A DNA stretch of 64,000 nt from assembly GCA_021324095.1 (NCBI GenBank), contig JAJPJT010000013.1, positions 14,282 through 78,281 on the forward strand. Direction: 5' to 3'. The DNA comes from Gammaproteobacteria bacterium (GTDB taxonomy: Bacteria > Pseudomonadota > Gammaproteobacteria > Xanthomonadales > Rhodanobacteraceae). Under the pieces are notes generated by a model, which had not been told where the DNA came from, ran no database searches, and saw only the letters and a program-made list of their open reading frames with translations. Positions 29,478-38,573 of this stretch are shown here, in pieces (position 1 is the stretch's first letter; each line of letters starts with the position of its first letter). The position numbers were made by a program, and so were the translations under genes.

Positions 29478-29610
29478 GTGGAATCCTCTGGAAGTGGAGT
29501 GGGTGCGGCCCGCAGGGGAAGGAACGCGACGCGCAATCACGCGTTGACGCACGGAGCGGCGCGTTAAGGTTCGCGACAGCCCTGGGTCTACTAGCGCCAA
29601 CAGGCGCCGA

Positions 29611-30402
29611 TCACGCCGCGGCTTTCCACGCCGTCGGGGGCACGCGCAGCTCCGCGGCCAGCGGCAGGTGATCGGAAAATGCCGCCGGCAGGGTCCACAT
29701 GCGTTCGACGGTGATTTTCGACGAGACCAGGATATGGTCGATCGCCCGTTGCGGCCGCCAGCTCGGAAACGTCGGCGTCGGATGCGCGGGTGGTGCGAGA
29801 TCCGTATGGGAAAACAGGAAACCGAGTTCGGGACTGTCCGGAGGACAATTCAGGTCGCCCATCAACACCGCGCTGGGGCTGTCCTGCAGCAGTTCGGCGA
29901 TGAACCCGAGCTGGCGCGCGCGTGCCTGGGTGCCAAGCGAAAGATGCGCCACCGCCACGGTCAGCGCGTCGTCGCCCTCGCCGTAACGCGCCAGCAGCAC
30001 CCCACGCCCGCCGAGGCGGCCGGGCAGCGGGTAATCGAATACCTGGCTGGGTGCGGCGCGGCTGATCAGGCCGTTGGCCGTATGCGAAACGCTGGACAGC
30101 TTGCGATTGGGCTGGTGGCTCCAGTACGGCATCCCGGACGTTTCCGCGAGGTACCGGGTCTGGTTGAGGAAGCCGGAGCGGATGCTGCCTGCGTCGGCTT
30201 CCTGCAGTCCGACGACATCGAACTTCGCGATCGAGCGGGCCAGCTTGTCGAGGTTGCCGAGTTTGTACTTGCCCGGCAGCACCGCGCCCCAGCTGCGGGT
30301 GAAATATTCGTGATAGCGCGTGACGCTCGCCCCGGCGAGGATGTTGCAGCTCAGCACGCGCAAGACGCGACCGTCGCCAGCGGGGGCGTTTTCGACGCTC
30401 AT
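29611..30402 (-). CDS. endonuclease/exonuclease/phosphatase (EEP) family protein
   Basis: LRVLSCNILAG..., VVGLQEAD, MGDLNC and the C-terminal SDHLPL are EEP catalytic motifs. The start is taken at MSVENAP (30402). Confidence 0.75.
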   Translation of the reverse strand: MSVENAPAGDGRVLRVLSCNILAGASVTRYHEYFTRSWGAVLPGKYKLGNLDKLARSIAKFDVVGLQEADAGSIRSGFLNQTRYLAETSGMPYWSHQPNRKLSSVSHTANGLISRAAPSQVFDYPLPGRLGGRGVLLARYGEGDDALTVAVAHLSLGTQARARQLGFIAELLQDSPSAVLMGDLNCPPDSPELGFLFSHTDLAPPAHPTPTFPSWRPQRAIDHILVSSKITVERMWTLPAAFSDHLPLAAELRVPPTAWKAAA

Positions 30403-30446
30403 GTGGACCAGCCTAACACTTCGGCGCGCCGCGGTGCGCGCCTCCA

Positions 30447-31220
30447 TCAGCGCTTCTCGACGTGATCCACCATCCACAAGCCGAGCTGCTGCAACTGCGC
30501 ATAGCTGTCGATGTTGGCGCTGCGCATCAGTGCGATAAAAGGCGCGTCCTTGTCGTCGCCGGCGCGGCGCCCGACGACCAGCGTCGGCGTCGCATCGATG
30601 CCCCAGCCCATTTCCGTGTGCTGGTCGTCGGCCATCTGCTTGGTGGTTTCGGCGCTGGTCGCGGCGGCGATGAACTTGTCGCGGTTCACGCCGTGGCGGG
30701 CGTAGAAGTCGGCGAGGTCCGACAGCGAATTGAGCGGGTAGTGTTCGAGCATCGCCCTGAACACGGCATCATGCGTCTGCTTCAGCACGCCCAATTCGCG
30801 TGCCGCGTAGAACGCCTGCGCGTAGGGCATCCATGCCGGACTGAACACCGCAGGCATGTAGCGCACCTCGACGCCCTTCGGCAATTCGGCGCGCAGCTTG
30901 TCCATGTACGGCGCGAACTCGGCGCAATGCGGGCACCCGTAGGAGAACACCTCGACCACTTCGACCGGTCCCCTCGGCGCAGCTTGTCCTGCCGGCAGCT
31001 TGAGCGTGACGTACTGGTTGCCATCGGTGAAATGGGCTTGCGCTACGGATGTCTTCGCCGGGGGTGCGCTGCGGGCCGTGTTCGCTTCGCTGCTGGCCGC
31101 CGTGGCCGTTGCGGCCGCGCTGGCGGAAACAGGTGCTTCGTTGTGCGCCGACGAGCAGGCCGCGATCAGCAGCAGGCCGCAAGCCAGCAACGCGCCGCGT
31201 ACAAAACGGGATGCCTTCAT
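30447..31220 (-). CDS. dsbA: DsbA-family thiol:disulfide oxidoreductase, probable lipoprotein
   Basis: The lipobox-like sequence LLLIAAC is present, with the CPHC active site in VEVFSYGCPHCAEF. Confidence 0.85.
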   Translation of the reverse strand: MKASRFVRGALLACGLLLIAACSSAHNEAPVSASAAATATAASSEANTARSAPPAKTSVAQAHFTDGNQYVTLKLPAGQAAPRGPVEVVEVFSYGCPHCAEFAPYMDKLRAELPKGVEVRYMPAVFSPAWMPYAQAFYAARELGVLKQTHDAVFRAMLEHYPLNSLSDLADFYARHGVNRDKFIAAATSAETTKQMADDQHTEMGWGIDATPTLVVGRRAGDDKDAPFIALMRSANIDSYAQLQQLGLWMVDHVEKR

Positions 31221-31221
31221 G

Positions 31222-31923
31222 TCACTGCGCCTTCTTGGTGGCCAGTTCCTTGTTGACCAGGTACAGGGTCAGGTCGACCAGGTTCTGCGCGCCTTGCGCG
31301 GAAGACGGATCCAGACGCCACTTGCCGTCGATGACGATCGTCGGCGTGCTGTTGACGCCCCAGGCGATGATCTGCTTGTCCGCGCGCTTGATGTCCATGT
31401 TCACGCTGAACGAGTTCGCGGTCGCGACAAACTCTGCCGGCTTGGCGCCGTACTTCGCGTAGAACTTCGCGATGTCCTGGATGGTCGGCATGTTGGCCAT
31501 CGCCTTGGGGCGCTGGGTGGTCGGATCGTAGGTCGCCAGCGCGCCGTTCGGACCCCAGACGGCCTTGAACATCGCGTCGTGCGACGCAGGCGTGTCGACG
31601 CCGAGTGCCCTGGCGGTGAAATACGCGCGCTGGAACACCGGCCAGTCCTCGGTGGGGATGAATCCGGCGGGCAGGAATTCCAGTACCGCGCCCTTGGGCA
31701 GTTCGGCGCGCAGCTTGTCGAGGAACGGTTCGAACTGGTTGCAGGCCGGGCACGCGAACGAGAACACCTCGGTCACCACCACCTTGTCGGGCTGGTTGGT
31801 CGGCTGCGGATTGGCGATCGCGAAGTAGTTCTTGCCCTCGACCCATTGCTGCGGAGTCATCTGGGCGGATGCGAAGCCGGCGACGGCGACCAGCAGCAGG
31901 AACACAACGGTGCGTTTGATCAT
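31222..31923 (-). CDS. dsbA: DsbA-family thiol:disulfide oxidoreductase (periplasmic)
   Basis: The start is at MIKRTVVFLLLVAVAGFASA. The CPAC active site is in VTEVFSFACPACNQF. It lies in tandem with the previous dsbA paralog. Confidence 0.85.
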   Translation of the reverse strand: MIKRTVVFLLLVAVAGFASAQMTPQQWVEGKNYFAIANPQPTNQPDKVVVTEVFSFACPACNQFEPFLDKLRAELPKGAVLEFLPAGFIPTEDWPVFQRAYFTARALGVDTPASHDAMFKAVWGPNGALATYDPTTQRPKAMANMPTIQDIAKFYAKYGAKPAEFVATANSFSVNMDIKRADKQIIAWGVNSTPTIVIDGKWRLDPSSAQGAQNLVDLTLYLVNKELATKKAQ

Positions 31924-32005
31924 GGTCGGATTCCTGGCAAAGCTGTCTTGTTGGGTGGCGAGCATGCCGCGGCGCGCCTGAACCGATCGCGCCGCCGCGC
32001 AGAGC

Positions 32006-32845
32006 TCAGTCGATCGTGTCTTGTTTGGGCGGTGCCGGGGGTGCTGGCGCAGCGTGCAGACCCTCGACGTAGCTCGACACCGCGGCAATGTCCTGCTCCG
32101 TCAGGCGTTGCGCGATCGTCGGCATGATCGTGGCGTGCGTGTCGCTGCCCCAGGTCGTGCCGTTGTGCCAGGCCTGCAACTGTGCCTGGATGTAATCGGC
32201 ATGCTGCCCGCCGATGTTCGGCACGCGCCAGCCGGGATTGCCGGCGCCGTCCGGACCGTGGCAGGCCATGCAGGCCGGAATGCCGCGGCTGGCGTCGCCT
32301 TCGTCGTAGAGCTTCTTGCCGTCGACAGCCAGTTTTTCGTCCGCGACACCCGGCAGGCGCTTCTGTTCGGAGAAATACTCGCCGATGTCGTGCATGTCCT
32401 GTGGCGACAGCGACGCGGCCATGCCCTGCATGATTGCGTTCTGGCGCACGCCGCTCTTGAAGCGCATCAACTGGGTGACGATGTACTGCTCGCTCTGCCC
32501 GGCCAGCTTGGGATATTGCGGATCGGTGGAATTGCCATCGGCGCCGTGGCAGGCGCCGCACGCCGCGGCCTTGGTCTGCCCGACCTTGGGATCGCCCGGC
32601 TTGGTTTCCACGGCTTCGAGTTTGCTGAATTCCTCTTCCGCTGCCTTCGACGTGCTCGCGGCACTCGCCGGCGCGGCGGCACTGGAACTGCTGGCGGGCG
32701 CGCTGGCTGCCGGTGCGCTGGTCGCGGGTGCCGAGGCGGCGGGTTTTGCCTTCGCATGTTTCGCCGGCGGTGCGGACAACGCGACGGCGAGCGGCGCGGC
32801 CGCGGCGATCAGGACGAAGAAGGCAAACGGTCGCCGGAAACCCAT
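32006..32845 (-). CDS. dihaem cytochrome c4 with Ala/Ser/Pro-rich N-terminal linker
   Basis: The start is at MGFRRPFAFFVLIAAAAPLAVA. The two haem-binding sites are CGACHG and CMACHG. Confidence 0.85.
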   Translation of the reverse strand: MGFRRPFAFFVLIAAAAPLAVALSAPPAKHAKAKPAASAPATSAPAASAPASSSSAAAPASAASTSKAAEEEFSKLEAVETKPGDPKVGQTKAAACGACHGADGNSTDPQYPKLAGQSEQYIVTQLMRFKSGVRQNAIMQGMAASLSPQDMHDIGEYFSEQKRLPGVADEKLAVDGKKLYDEGDASRGIPACMACHGPDGAGNPGWRVPNIGGQHADYIQAQLQAWHNGTTWGSDTHATIMPTIAQRLTEQDIAAVSSYVEGLHAAPAPPAPPKQDTID

Positions 32846-32936
32846 AGAATCCTCTCTTTCCCGAAGGCTTGAGCGCAGGCGGTGGACGCGAGCGCGAACC
32901 GCGGGATTATCGCTGCGGCTGGAAAGGTGGTCAAAC

Positions 32937-33587
32937 GTGCAAACAAGCGATAACCCCTTCCACGGCGCCGCCTTCGCGCTCGCTGCGCATCGCCTCGACC
33001 AGTTGCCGCCGGACGCCGGCGCCGAGGTCGCGTTCGCCGGCCGCTCCAACGCGGGCAAATCCAGTGCGCTCAACGCGCTGACCGGGCAATCGGCGCTGGC
33101 GCGCACCAGCAAGACGCCGGGGCGCACCCAGCAACTGGTGGTGTTCGAACTGCCGGACCGGCGCCGGCTGGTCGACCTGCCGGGTTATGGCTACGCCAAG
33201 GTGCCGCCGTCTCTGCGCGACCATTGGAAACGGGTCATTGACGCGTACCTGCGCAAGCGGCAATCCCTGCGCGGTCTGGTGCTGATCGCCGACCTCCGCC
33301 ACGCGCCGGCCGCCTTCGATCGCCAGATGCTGGCATTCTGCGGCGCGATCGAACTGCCGTGCGTGGTGCTGCTCAGCAAGGCCGACAAGCTGTCGCGCGC
33401 GCAGGTGCGGACGCGCCAGCGCGAGGTCGACAACGAATTGGCGAAGGAAGGCTGGCGCGCGCAGACGATCGCGTTTTCTGCAACGGCCGGCACCGGTGTG
33501 GAAGCCGCGCGTGCGGCCGTGGCTGCGTTGCTCGCGGAACGATCAGGAGCAGAAGCAGAAGCATTGGACACGGATAAAAGCGGATGA
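32937..33587 (+). CDS. engB: ribosome-biogenesis GTPase YihA/EngB
   Basis: GTG start at 32937. P-loop GRSNAGKSSALN, DLPGYGYA and LLSKADK (NKxD-type) are present. It is divergent from cytochrome c4, as in many gammaproteobacteria. Confidence 0.9.
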   Translation: MQTSDNPFHGAAFALAAHRLDQLPPDAGAEVAFAGRSNAGKSSALNALTGQSALARTSKTPGRTQQLVVFELPDRRRLVDLPGYGYAKVPPSLRDHWKRVIDAYLRKRQSLRGLVLIADLRHAPAAFDRQMLAFCGAIELPCVVLLSKADKLSRAQVRTRQREVDNELAKEGWRAQTIAFSATAGTGVEAARAAVAALLAERSGAEAEALDTDKSG

Positions 33588-33618
33588 CAGCCGATTGTGC
33601 CTGGTGGCGGCGCGCCAT

Positions 33619-33795
33619 TGATCGATCCGTGTTGATCCGCTTTGCTCCGTATCAAAAGCTCTCGGCCTGAAGATCAGGCGTGAGAAAGCGCGCTTTCTGG
33701 ATACGGATTGACGCGGATCGACACGGATTCTTCAAGCGGCTTGCCGGCTTTTGCTCCATCCGCGGTGATCCGCCTTGATCCGTGTCAAAAGCTCC
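33619..33795. repeat. three copies (+,-,+) of a ~40-bp unit, each built from three 10-bp-phased GATCCG-like motifs, with a central 16-bp palindrome
   Basis: Copy 1 is gatccgtgttgatccgctttgctccgtatcaaaagctc (33623-33660). The reverse complement of 33699-33730 is gaatccgtgtcgatccgcgtcaatccgtatcc. Copy 3 is catccgcggtgatccgccttgatccgtgtcaaaagctc (33757-33794). The palindrome AGAAAGCGCGCTTTCT is at ~33683-33698. Confidence 0.7.
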
Positions 33796-33882
33796 CGCTT
33801 TGAAGGGATGCATCGAAAGAGCCACTTGCACTGCGCCCATTGCCACCCCATCTTGGCGGTCCTGTACCCCGAAGGCGCGCGC

Positions 33883-35262
33883 ATGTCCGGTCCCAGCCAC
33901 GTTGCGGAACAGCCGATCGAGCGGCATGCCCAACTCGCGGAATATCTCGCGGCGGGTGCGCGTCCCGCGGCGCAGTGGAAGATCGGCACCGAGCACGAGA
34001 AGTTCGTGTTCCGCACCGATGACTTGCGTCCACCGCCGTACGAAGGCGAGCGCGGGATCGGCGCGCTGCTGCGCGGCATCGAAGGCTGCGGCTGGGATCC
34101 GGTGGAAGAGGAAGGCAACGTCATCGCGCTGTCGCGCGGCAATGCATCGGTGACGCTGGAGCCCGCCGGCCAGCTCGAACTTTCCGGCGCGCCGCTGGAA
34201 ACCATCCACCAGACCTGCTGCGAAGTGCAGGAACACCTGCACTGCGTGCGCGTGGCGTCGGAGCCGCTGCGGCTCGGCATCCTCGGCATGGGTTTCCAGC
34301 CGAAGTGGAAACGCGAGGACATGCCATGGATGCCCAAGGCGCGCTACGCGATCATGCGCCGCTACATGCCCAAGGTCGGTTCGCTCGGTCTCGACATGAT
34401 GACGCGCACCTGCACCGTGCAGGTCAACCTCGACTTCGCCAGCGAAGCGGACATGGTGAAAAAGTTCCGCGTCTCGCTGGCGCTGCAGCCGATCGCGACC
34501 GCGCTGTTCGCCGACTCGCCGTTCACCGAAGGGCGGCCGAACGGCTTCCAGAGCTACCGCTCGCACATCTGGACCGACACCGACGCCGATCGCACCGGCA
34601 TGCTGGATTTCGTGTTCGAGGATGGCTTCGGCTACGAACGCTACGTCGATTACCTGCTGGATGTGCCGATGTATTTCGTGCACCGGCACGGCCGCTACAT
34701 CGACTGCGCCGGGCAGTCCTTCCGGGATTTCCTCGCCGGCAAGTTGCCTGCGCTGCCCGGCGAGAAACCGACCCTGCGCGACTGGTCCGACCACATGACC
34801 ACCGCGTTTCCGGAAGTGCGCCTGAAGCAATACCTCGAAATGCGCGGCGCCGATGGCGGCCCGTGGAACCGGCTGTGCGCACTGCCGGCGTTCTGGGTGG
34901 GCCTGCTGTACGACGCGGAATCGCTGGACGCCGCGTGGGATCTCGTCAAGGATTTCACGATGGCCGAACGCCACGCGCTGCGCGACGGTGTGCCGAAGCA
35001 CGCGTTGAAACTTCCCGTTCGTATTGGGAATGCTCGCGGCGAGACTGTACGTGAACTTTCACTGCGCGCACTGGAAATCGCGGGCAACGGCCTGAAGCGC
35101 CGCGCACGCCTCAACCGGCACGGCGTGGACGAAACCATGTTCCTGCAGCCGCTGGTCGAATCGGCCGAAGCCGATCAGACGCCGGCCGACCGCAAGCTGG
35201 AACTGTTCCGCACCGAATGGAACGGCAGCGTCGATCCGGTGTTCAGGGAATTCGCGTACTGA
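33883..35262 (+). CDS. gshA: glutamate--cysteine ligase, plant/proteobacterial GCS2 type
   Basis: The start is at [25 protein letters not shown]... and a length of ~460 aa are typical of plant-type GCL. Confidence 0.85.
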   Translation: MSGPSHVAEQPIERHAQLAEYLAAGARPAAQWKIGTEHEKFVFRTDDLRPPPYEGERGIGALLRGIEGCGWDPVEEEGNVIALSRGNASVTLEPAGQLELSGAPLETIHQTCCEVQEHLHCVRVASEPLRLGILGMGFQPKWKREDMPWMPKARYAIMRRYMPKVGSLGLDMMTRTCTVQVNLDFASEADMVKKFRVSLALQPIATALFADSPFTEGRPNGFQSYRSHIWTDTDADRTGMLDFVFEDGFGYERYVDYLLDVPMYFVHRHGRYIDCAGQSFRDFLAGKLPALPGEKPTLRDWSDHMTTAFPEVRLKQYLEMRGADGGPWNRLCALPAFWVGLLYDAESLDAAWDLVKDFTMAERHALRDGVPKHALKLPVRIGNARGETVRELSLRALEIAGNGLKRRARLNRHGVDETMFLQPLVESAEADQTPADRKLELFRTEWNGSVDPVFREFAY

Positions 35263-35347
35263 GGCAGTTCGGTAGGATTCGATTCAAAGCGGTCGCGAGT
35301 ATCGACACTGGACTACCTGCAATACCGGCAACTGTTCAAGGGGACGC

Positions 35348-36064
35348 ATGATGAGCGATCTTTCTTTCGAGGACGAACTTAATGTCCTAGGGGATGCGGT
35401 GGGCGAAGCTACACAAGTTTTTTACACCTACCTGTCGATCCACCAATTGCTCGAAAACCGCGTTGATATGCGCGATTTTGTGAATAGCAATTTATTGTTT
35501 ATGCGAACATTGTTGGGTTCACTGCGTGCTTCGACATATATCTTCATTTACAAGATCTTCGAAACACGCGAGGACACCTACAACCTCAAGCGCCTCATGA
35601 ATGCGGCGCGGCACAGTATGGACGAATTTGGCCCTGAGGCATTTTGCGCGCGAAAGGTGAAGCACAATTTTCGGAATACTCCGCTGTGGCTCAAGGATCA
35701 AGTGAAAGATATGTACATACCCACGCTCGCGGATTTCGATGAACTGGACAACGTAGGCGAGAAATGGAGAATTCTGTTTAAGGCGAAATTTAAGGATCAG
35801 CGGAACAAATGGTATAGCCACCGCGAATTTTGCTCGGACATCGATGCAAGTGCCCGATTGCCTGAAACCACCGTTGAGGAGGTGGAGTTGCTGTTGGCCT
35901 ACTTGAACAATCTGCATCATGGATTGTGGCAGCTCTACCACAATGCACGGAAGATCGACATCTCGACGTTGAGTACACCGTCCATCCAATTCGGCATAGC
36001 TGCGCCTCAGGCTCGGACGAAGCAAGCCACTGACTTATTCTTTGGGAAAGTACTAACCCAATAG
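35348..36064 (+). CDS. hypothetical protein with HEPN-type R-N-x4-H motif (AbiU2-like?), in a low-GC islet
   Basis: 238 aa and AT-rich. The RBS is AAGGGGA-N3-ATGATG. The motif KDQRNKWYSHREF fits Rx4-6H with a polar residue after the Arg. There is no signal peptide or TM segment. Confidence 0.55.
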   Translation: MMSDLSFEDELNVLGDAVGEATQVFYTYLSIHQLLENRVDMRDFVNSNLLFMRTLLGSLRASTYIFIYKIFETREDTYNLKRLMNAARHSMDEFGPEAFCARKVKHNFRNTPLWLKDQVKDMYIPTLADFDELDNVGEKWRILFKAKFKDQRNKWYSHREFCSDIDASARLPETTVEEVELLLAYLNNLHHGLWQLYHNARKIDISTLSTPSIQFGIAAPQARTKQATDLFFGKVLTQ

Positions 36065-36175
36065 CCCTATCAGTTTCGCAGAAGTTTTGAGCGCCCTATC
36101 CGTACTTTCTGGCGAACATCCAGGGACCCAAACCAATATGGTTCTAAATGGTCGCTCTGGCCCTGCTGCTGCAAT

Positions 36176-37093
36176 TCAGAAAATCTCCGCGACGCAGCAG
36201 CGCAGGCTGCCGCCGGCCTTTTCGATTTCGTCCAGTTCGACGGTGCCGATCCGGAATCCCCAGGATCCCAGTGATGCGCGTTGCACATCGGTCAACGACG
36301 CGGCCGCGCGTGCGCTCATCCACACACGACCCGGTGAAAGCGTGATGGTGTTGCCGGCGTAGGCGCATTTCTGTTCGGGCGACAACCACAACACTCGATC
36401 TTCGAATGCCTGCGCGATTGCACGCGGCACCTCAGCATCGGCGAAACCATCGGGCGCGAGGATCGCCGCGCGGCCGGCGAGCGAGGTCATCAAGACGTTG
36501 GTGTGGTACTCGCCCGGTGCGAGTTCGAAGCAGAACATCAGGCGCAGCCCGAACGCATCGTGCATCGCGCGGGCACCTGCCAAGTCGCAGCGTTCGGAGA
36601 GCCCGCAGTAACCGATGCCGCGGGCGTGGTCGATCACGAGTGATCCGGTAAGTTCGGCAACGCCGCGGTCGCCTCGCGACAGGTCGATTTCCTCGAAGTC
36701 CATCGCGTCGCGAAAGAACGCGCGGATGTCCGTGCGCTGGGCTTCCCGTTGTCGCACCGCGTGCCGCATCCTGCCGACGATCAGGCGCCCGGGTGCGGTC
36801 GCGAACACGTTGTTGGGAAACATCGCGTCGGGCGTTGCGGGGTCGCCCGGAAACGTGATGACTGGAACATCCGCGCGCAGGGTCTGCGCCAGCGTGGCGT
36901 GCTGTACCAGCGCGCGCGATGCGTCGAATCCGGCGTCCATCTGCATGTAGCGGTTGTCGCGCGCGGATTCCGTGGCCAGTCCGTCCGCGGCGGGCGCGAC
37001 CAGGAACGCCGCGCCCGCGGTGGCGCGCGCATCGCGGAGCGGCGGCAGCTTTGCGAACGCGGCGAGGAATTCGGCAGGCGAGGTGGTCAGCAT
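36176..37093 (-). CDS. amidinotransferase/arginine-deiminase-superfamily protein (CtlX-like citrulline utilisation hydrolase?)
   Basis: 305 aa. MFPNNVF is present, and the C-terminal GGSLRCCVAEIF carries the catalytic-Cys motif of the guanidino-group-modifying enzyme fold. Confidence 0.7.
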   Translation of the reverse strand: MLTTSPAEFLAAFAKLPPLRDARATAGAAFLVAPAADGLATESARDNRYMQMDAGFDASRALVQHATLAQTLRADVPVITFPGDPATPDAMFPNNVFATAPGRLIVGRMRHAVRQREAQRTDIRAFFRDAMDFEEIDLSRGDRGVAELTGSLVIDHARGIGYCGLSERCDLAGARAMHDAFGLRLMFCFELAPGEYHTNVLMTSLAGRAAILAPDGFADAEVPRAIAQAFEDRVLWLSPEQKCAYAGNTITLSPGRVWMSARAAASLTDVQRASLGSWGFRIGTVELDEIEKAGGSLRCCVAEIF

Positions 37094-37137
37094 TGGGTGG
37101 CGTGCGCTTGCAGTGCAGCATGTTGGCGCGAATTGAG

Positions 37138-37239
37138 CCGTTCGCGCTGAGCGTAGCCTGCGAAGCAGGCGAAGTCGAAGCGCTTTCCGATGTGCGCCCT
37201 TCGACTCCGGTCCTGCGGACCTACGCTCAGGGCGAACGG
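37138..37239. repeat. S-family palindromic element
   Basis: ccgttcgcgctgagcgtag...gaagtcgaagcg...cccttcgactcc...ctacgctcagggcgaacgg. The arms are reverse complements of each other. Confidence 0.8.
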
Positions 37240-37264
37240 TGACTGCAAATGGCCCACACGATGC

Positions 37265-38461
37265 TCACTCGACCGCCCCACGCCCGAGCACATTCAGCAC
37301 TTCGTAGCATGCGCCCATGTTGTGGTAATCGGTCTTGCCGGCGGGGCTTTTCTCGTCGTCATACTTGCGTCCGTCGCGGGTGAGGATGCGGTACCAGCCG
37401 CCGTACTGGTGATCGACGAAATGGTCCCACGCGTATTCCCAGATGCGCCGGTACCAGCCCCAATACTTTGCTTCGCCGGTGCGTTCCGCGAGCAGCGCGG
37501 CGCAGGCCAGAGATTCCGCCTGCACCCAGTGGTATTTGTCGCCGTCGCAGATGGAGCCATCGGGCGCGAAGCCGTAGCACAGGCCGCCATACTCGATGTC
37601 CCAGGCGCGCGTGACGGCGGTGTCGAACAGATGCCGCGCGGTCGGCAGCAGCCAGTCGGCATCGCGGTGGCGCTGCATGATCAGGATCAGCTTCGCCCAC
37701 TCGGTCTGGTGGCCCGGCTGGAAACCCCACGGACGGAACAGGTCCCTGGGGTTGTCCTTGTGGTACTCCCAATCGATCTCCCAGTGCTCGTCGTAGTGTT
37801 CCCACACGAGCCCGCCGGCCTTGGCGGCCTGACGGCGCGTCATGTGGTCGGCGAGCGTGTACGCGCGGTCGAGATAATGTTGCTCATGGCTGGCCTCGAA
37901 CGCGGTCAGCATCGCTTCGCACATGTGCATGTTCGCGTTCTGGCCGCGGTAGCTCGAGAAGTGCCACGCCGCATCGGCTTCATCGCGGTACAACCCGGCG
38001 CCGGCGTCCCAATAACGCTTTTCCAGAAGCTCCCAATGTTCATCCATCCACGCCGCGGCTTCGGCGATGCCGGCCATGCGCGCCTGCGCGTACGCGACCA
38101 GCACGAACGCGGCGCCGTAGCAATGGTTGGTGGTGTCCTCGGGCTTTCCGTCGCGCAACGTCCACGTGTAACCGCCGGTCGCGGGATTGCGGTGCACGTT
38201 GCGGAGGTAATCGACGCAGTGTCGCGCAGCGTCGCGGTATTCGGCGCCGCCGAAATGGCGTGCATACATCGTGTAGTCGAAGACGAAGCGCGCGCTGCTG
38301 ACGAGATGCCGGTGCGTGCGGTCGTAGATCGTGCCGTCGTCCTTGTAGTAATGAAAACAGCCGCCGGCCGGATCGAGGCAATGCGGGTGGTAGAACGTCA
38401 TCGTGTCGCGGATGTGCCGGCACAGGAATTCGGGCGAACGGAAATCGGGATAGTCGCTCAT
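37265..38461 (-). CDS. AGE-superfamily epimerase/isomerase (N-acylglucosamine 2-epimerase fold; probable mannose isomerase)
   Basis: 398 aa with an (alpha/alpha)6-barrel type sequence (GGCFHYY.., NHCYGAAFVLVAYA, WEHYDEHW, GHQTEWAKL). Its context is a fructokinase and a hexose MFS transporter. Confidence 0.8.
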   Translation of the reverse strand: MSDYPDFRSPEFLCRHIRDTMTFYHPHCLDPAGGCFHYYKDDGTIYDRTHRHLVSSARFVFDYTMYARHFGGAEYRDAARHCVDYLRNVHRNPATGGYTWTLRDGKPEDTTNHCYGAAFVLVAYAQARMAGIAEAAAWMDEHWELLEKRYWDAGAGLYRDEADAAWHFSSYRGQNANMHMCEAMLTAFEASHEQHYLDRAYTLADHMTRRQAAKAGGLVWEHYDEHWEIDWEYHKDNPRDLFRPWGFQPGHQTEWAKLILIMQRHRDADWLLPTARHLFDTAVTRAWDIEYGGLCYGFAPDGSICDGDKYHWVQAESLACAALLAERTGEAKYWGWYRRIWEYAWDHFVDHQYGGWYRILTRDGRKYDDEKSPAGKTDYHNMGACYEVLNVLGRGAVE

Positions 38462-38487
38462 GCGTGTGGCTCCATGAACCCATATTT

Positions 38488-38573
38488 CCGTTCGCGCTGA
38501 GCGTAGTGAGCAGAGCGAACGAAGTCGAAGCGTTTGCCCTTCGACTCCGCTTCGTTACGCTCAGGGCGAACGG
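38488..38573. repeat. S-family palindromic element
   Basis: ccgttcgcgctgagcgtagtgagcagagcgaacgaagtcgaagcgtttgcccttcgactccgcttcgttacgctcagggcgaacgg. The right arm supplies the last codons and stop of the fructokinase ORF. Confidence 0.8.

Noticed and set aside
33619-33795. GATC-rich phased repeats as a replication origin (oriC/SeqA-like cluster)
   Set aside because: I found no DnaA-box-like 9-mers (TTATCCACA type) and no AT-rich unwinding element. There are no dnaA, dnaN or gidA neighbours. The context is engB and gshA.
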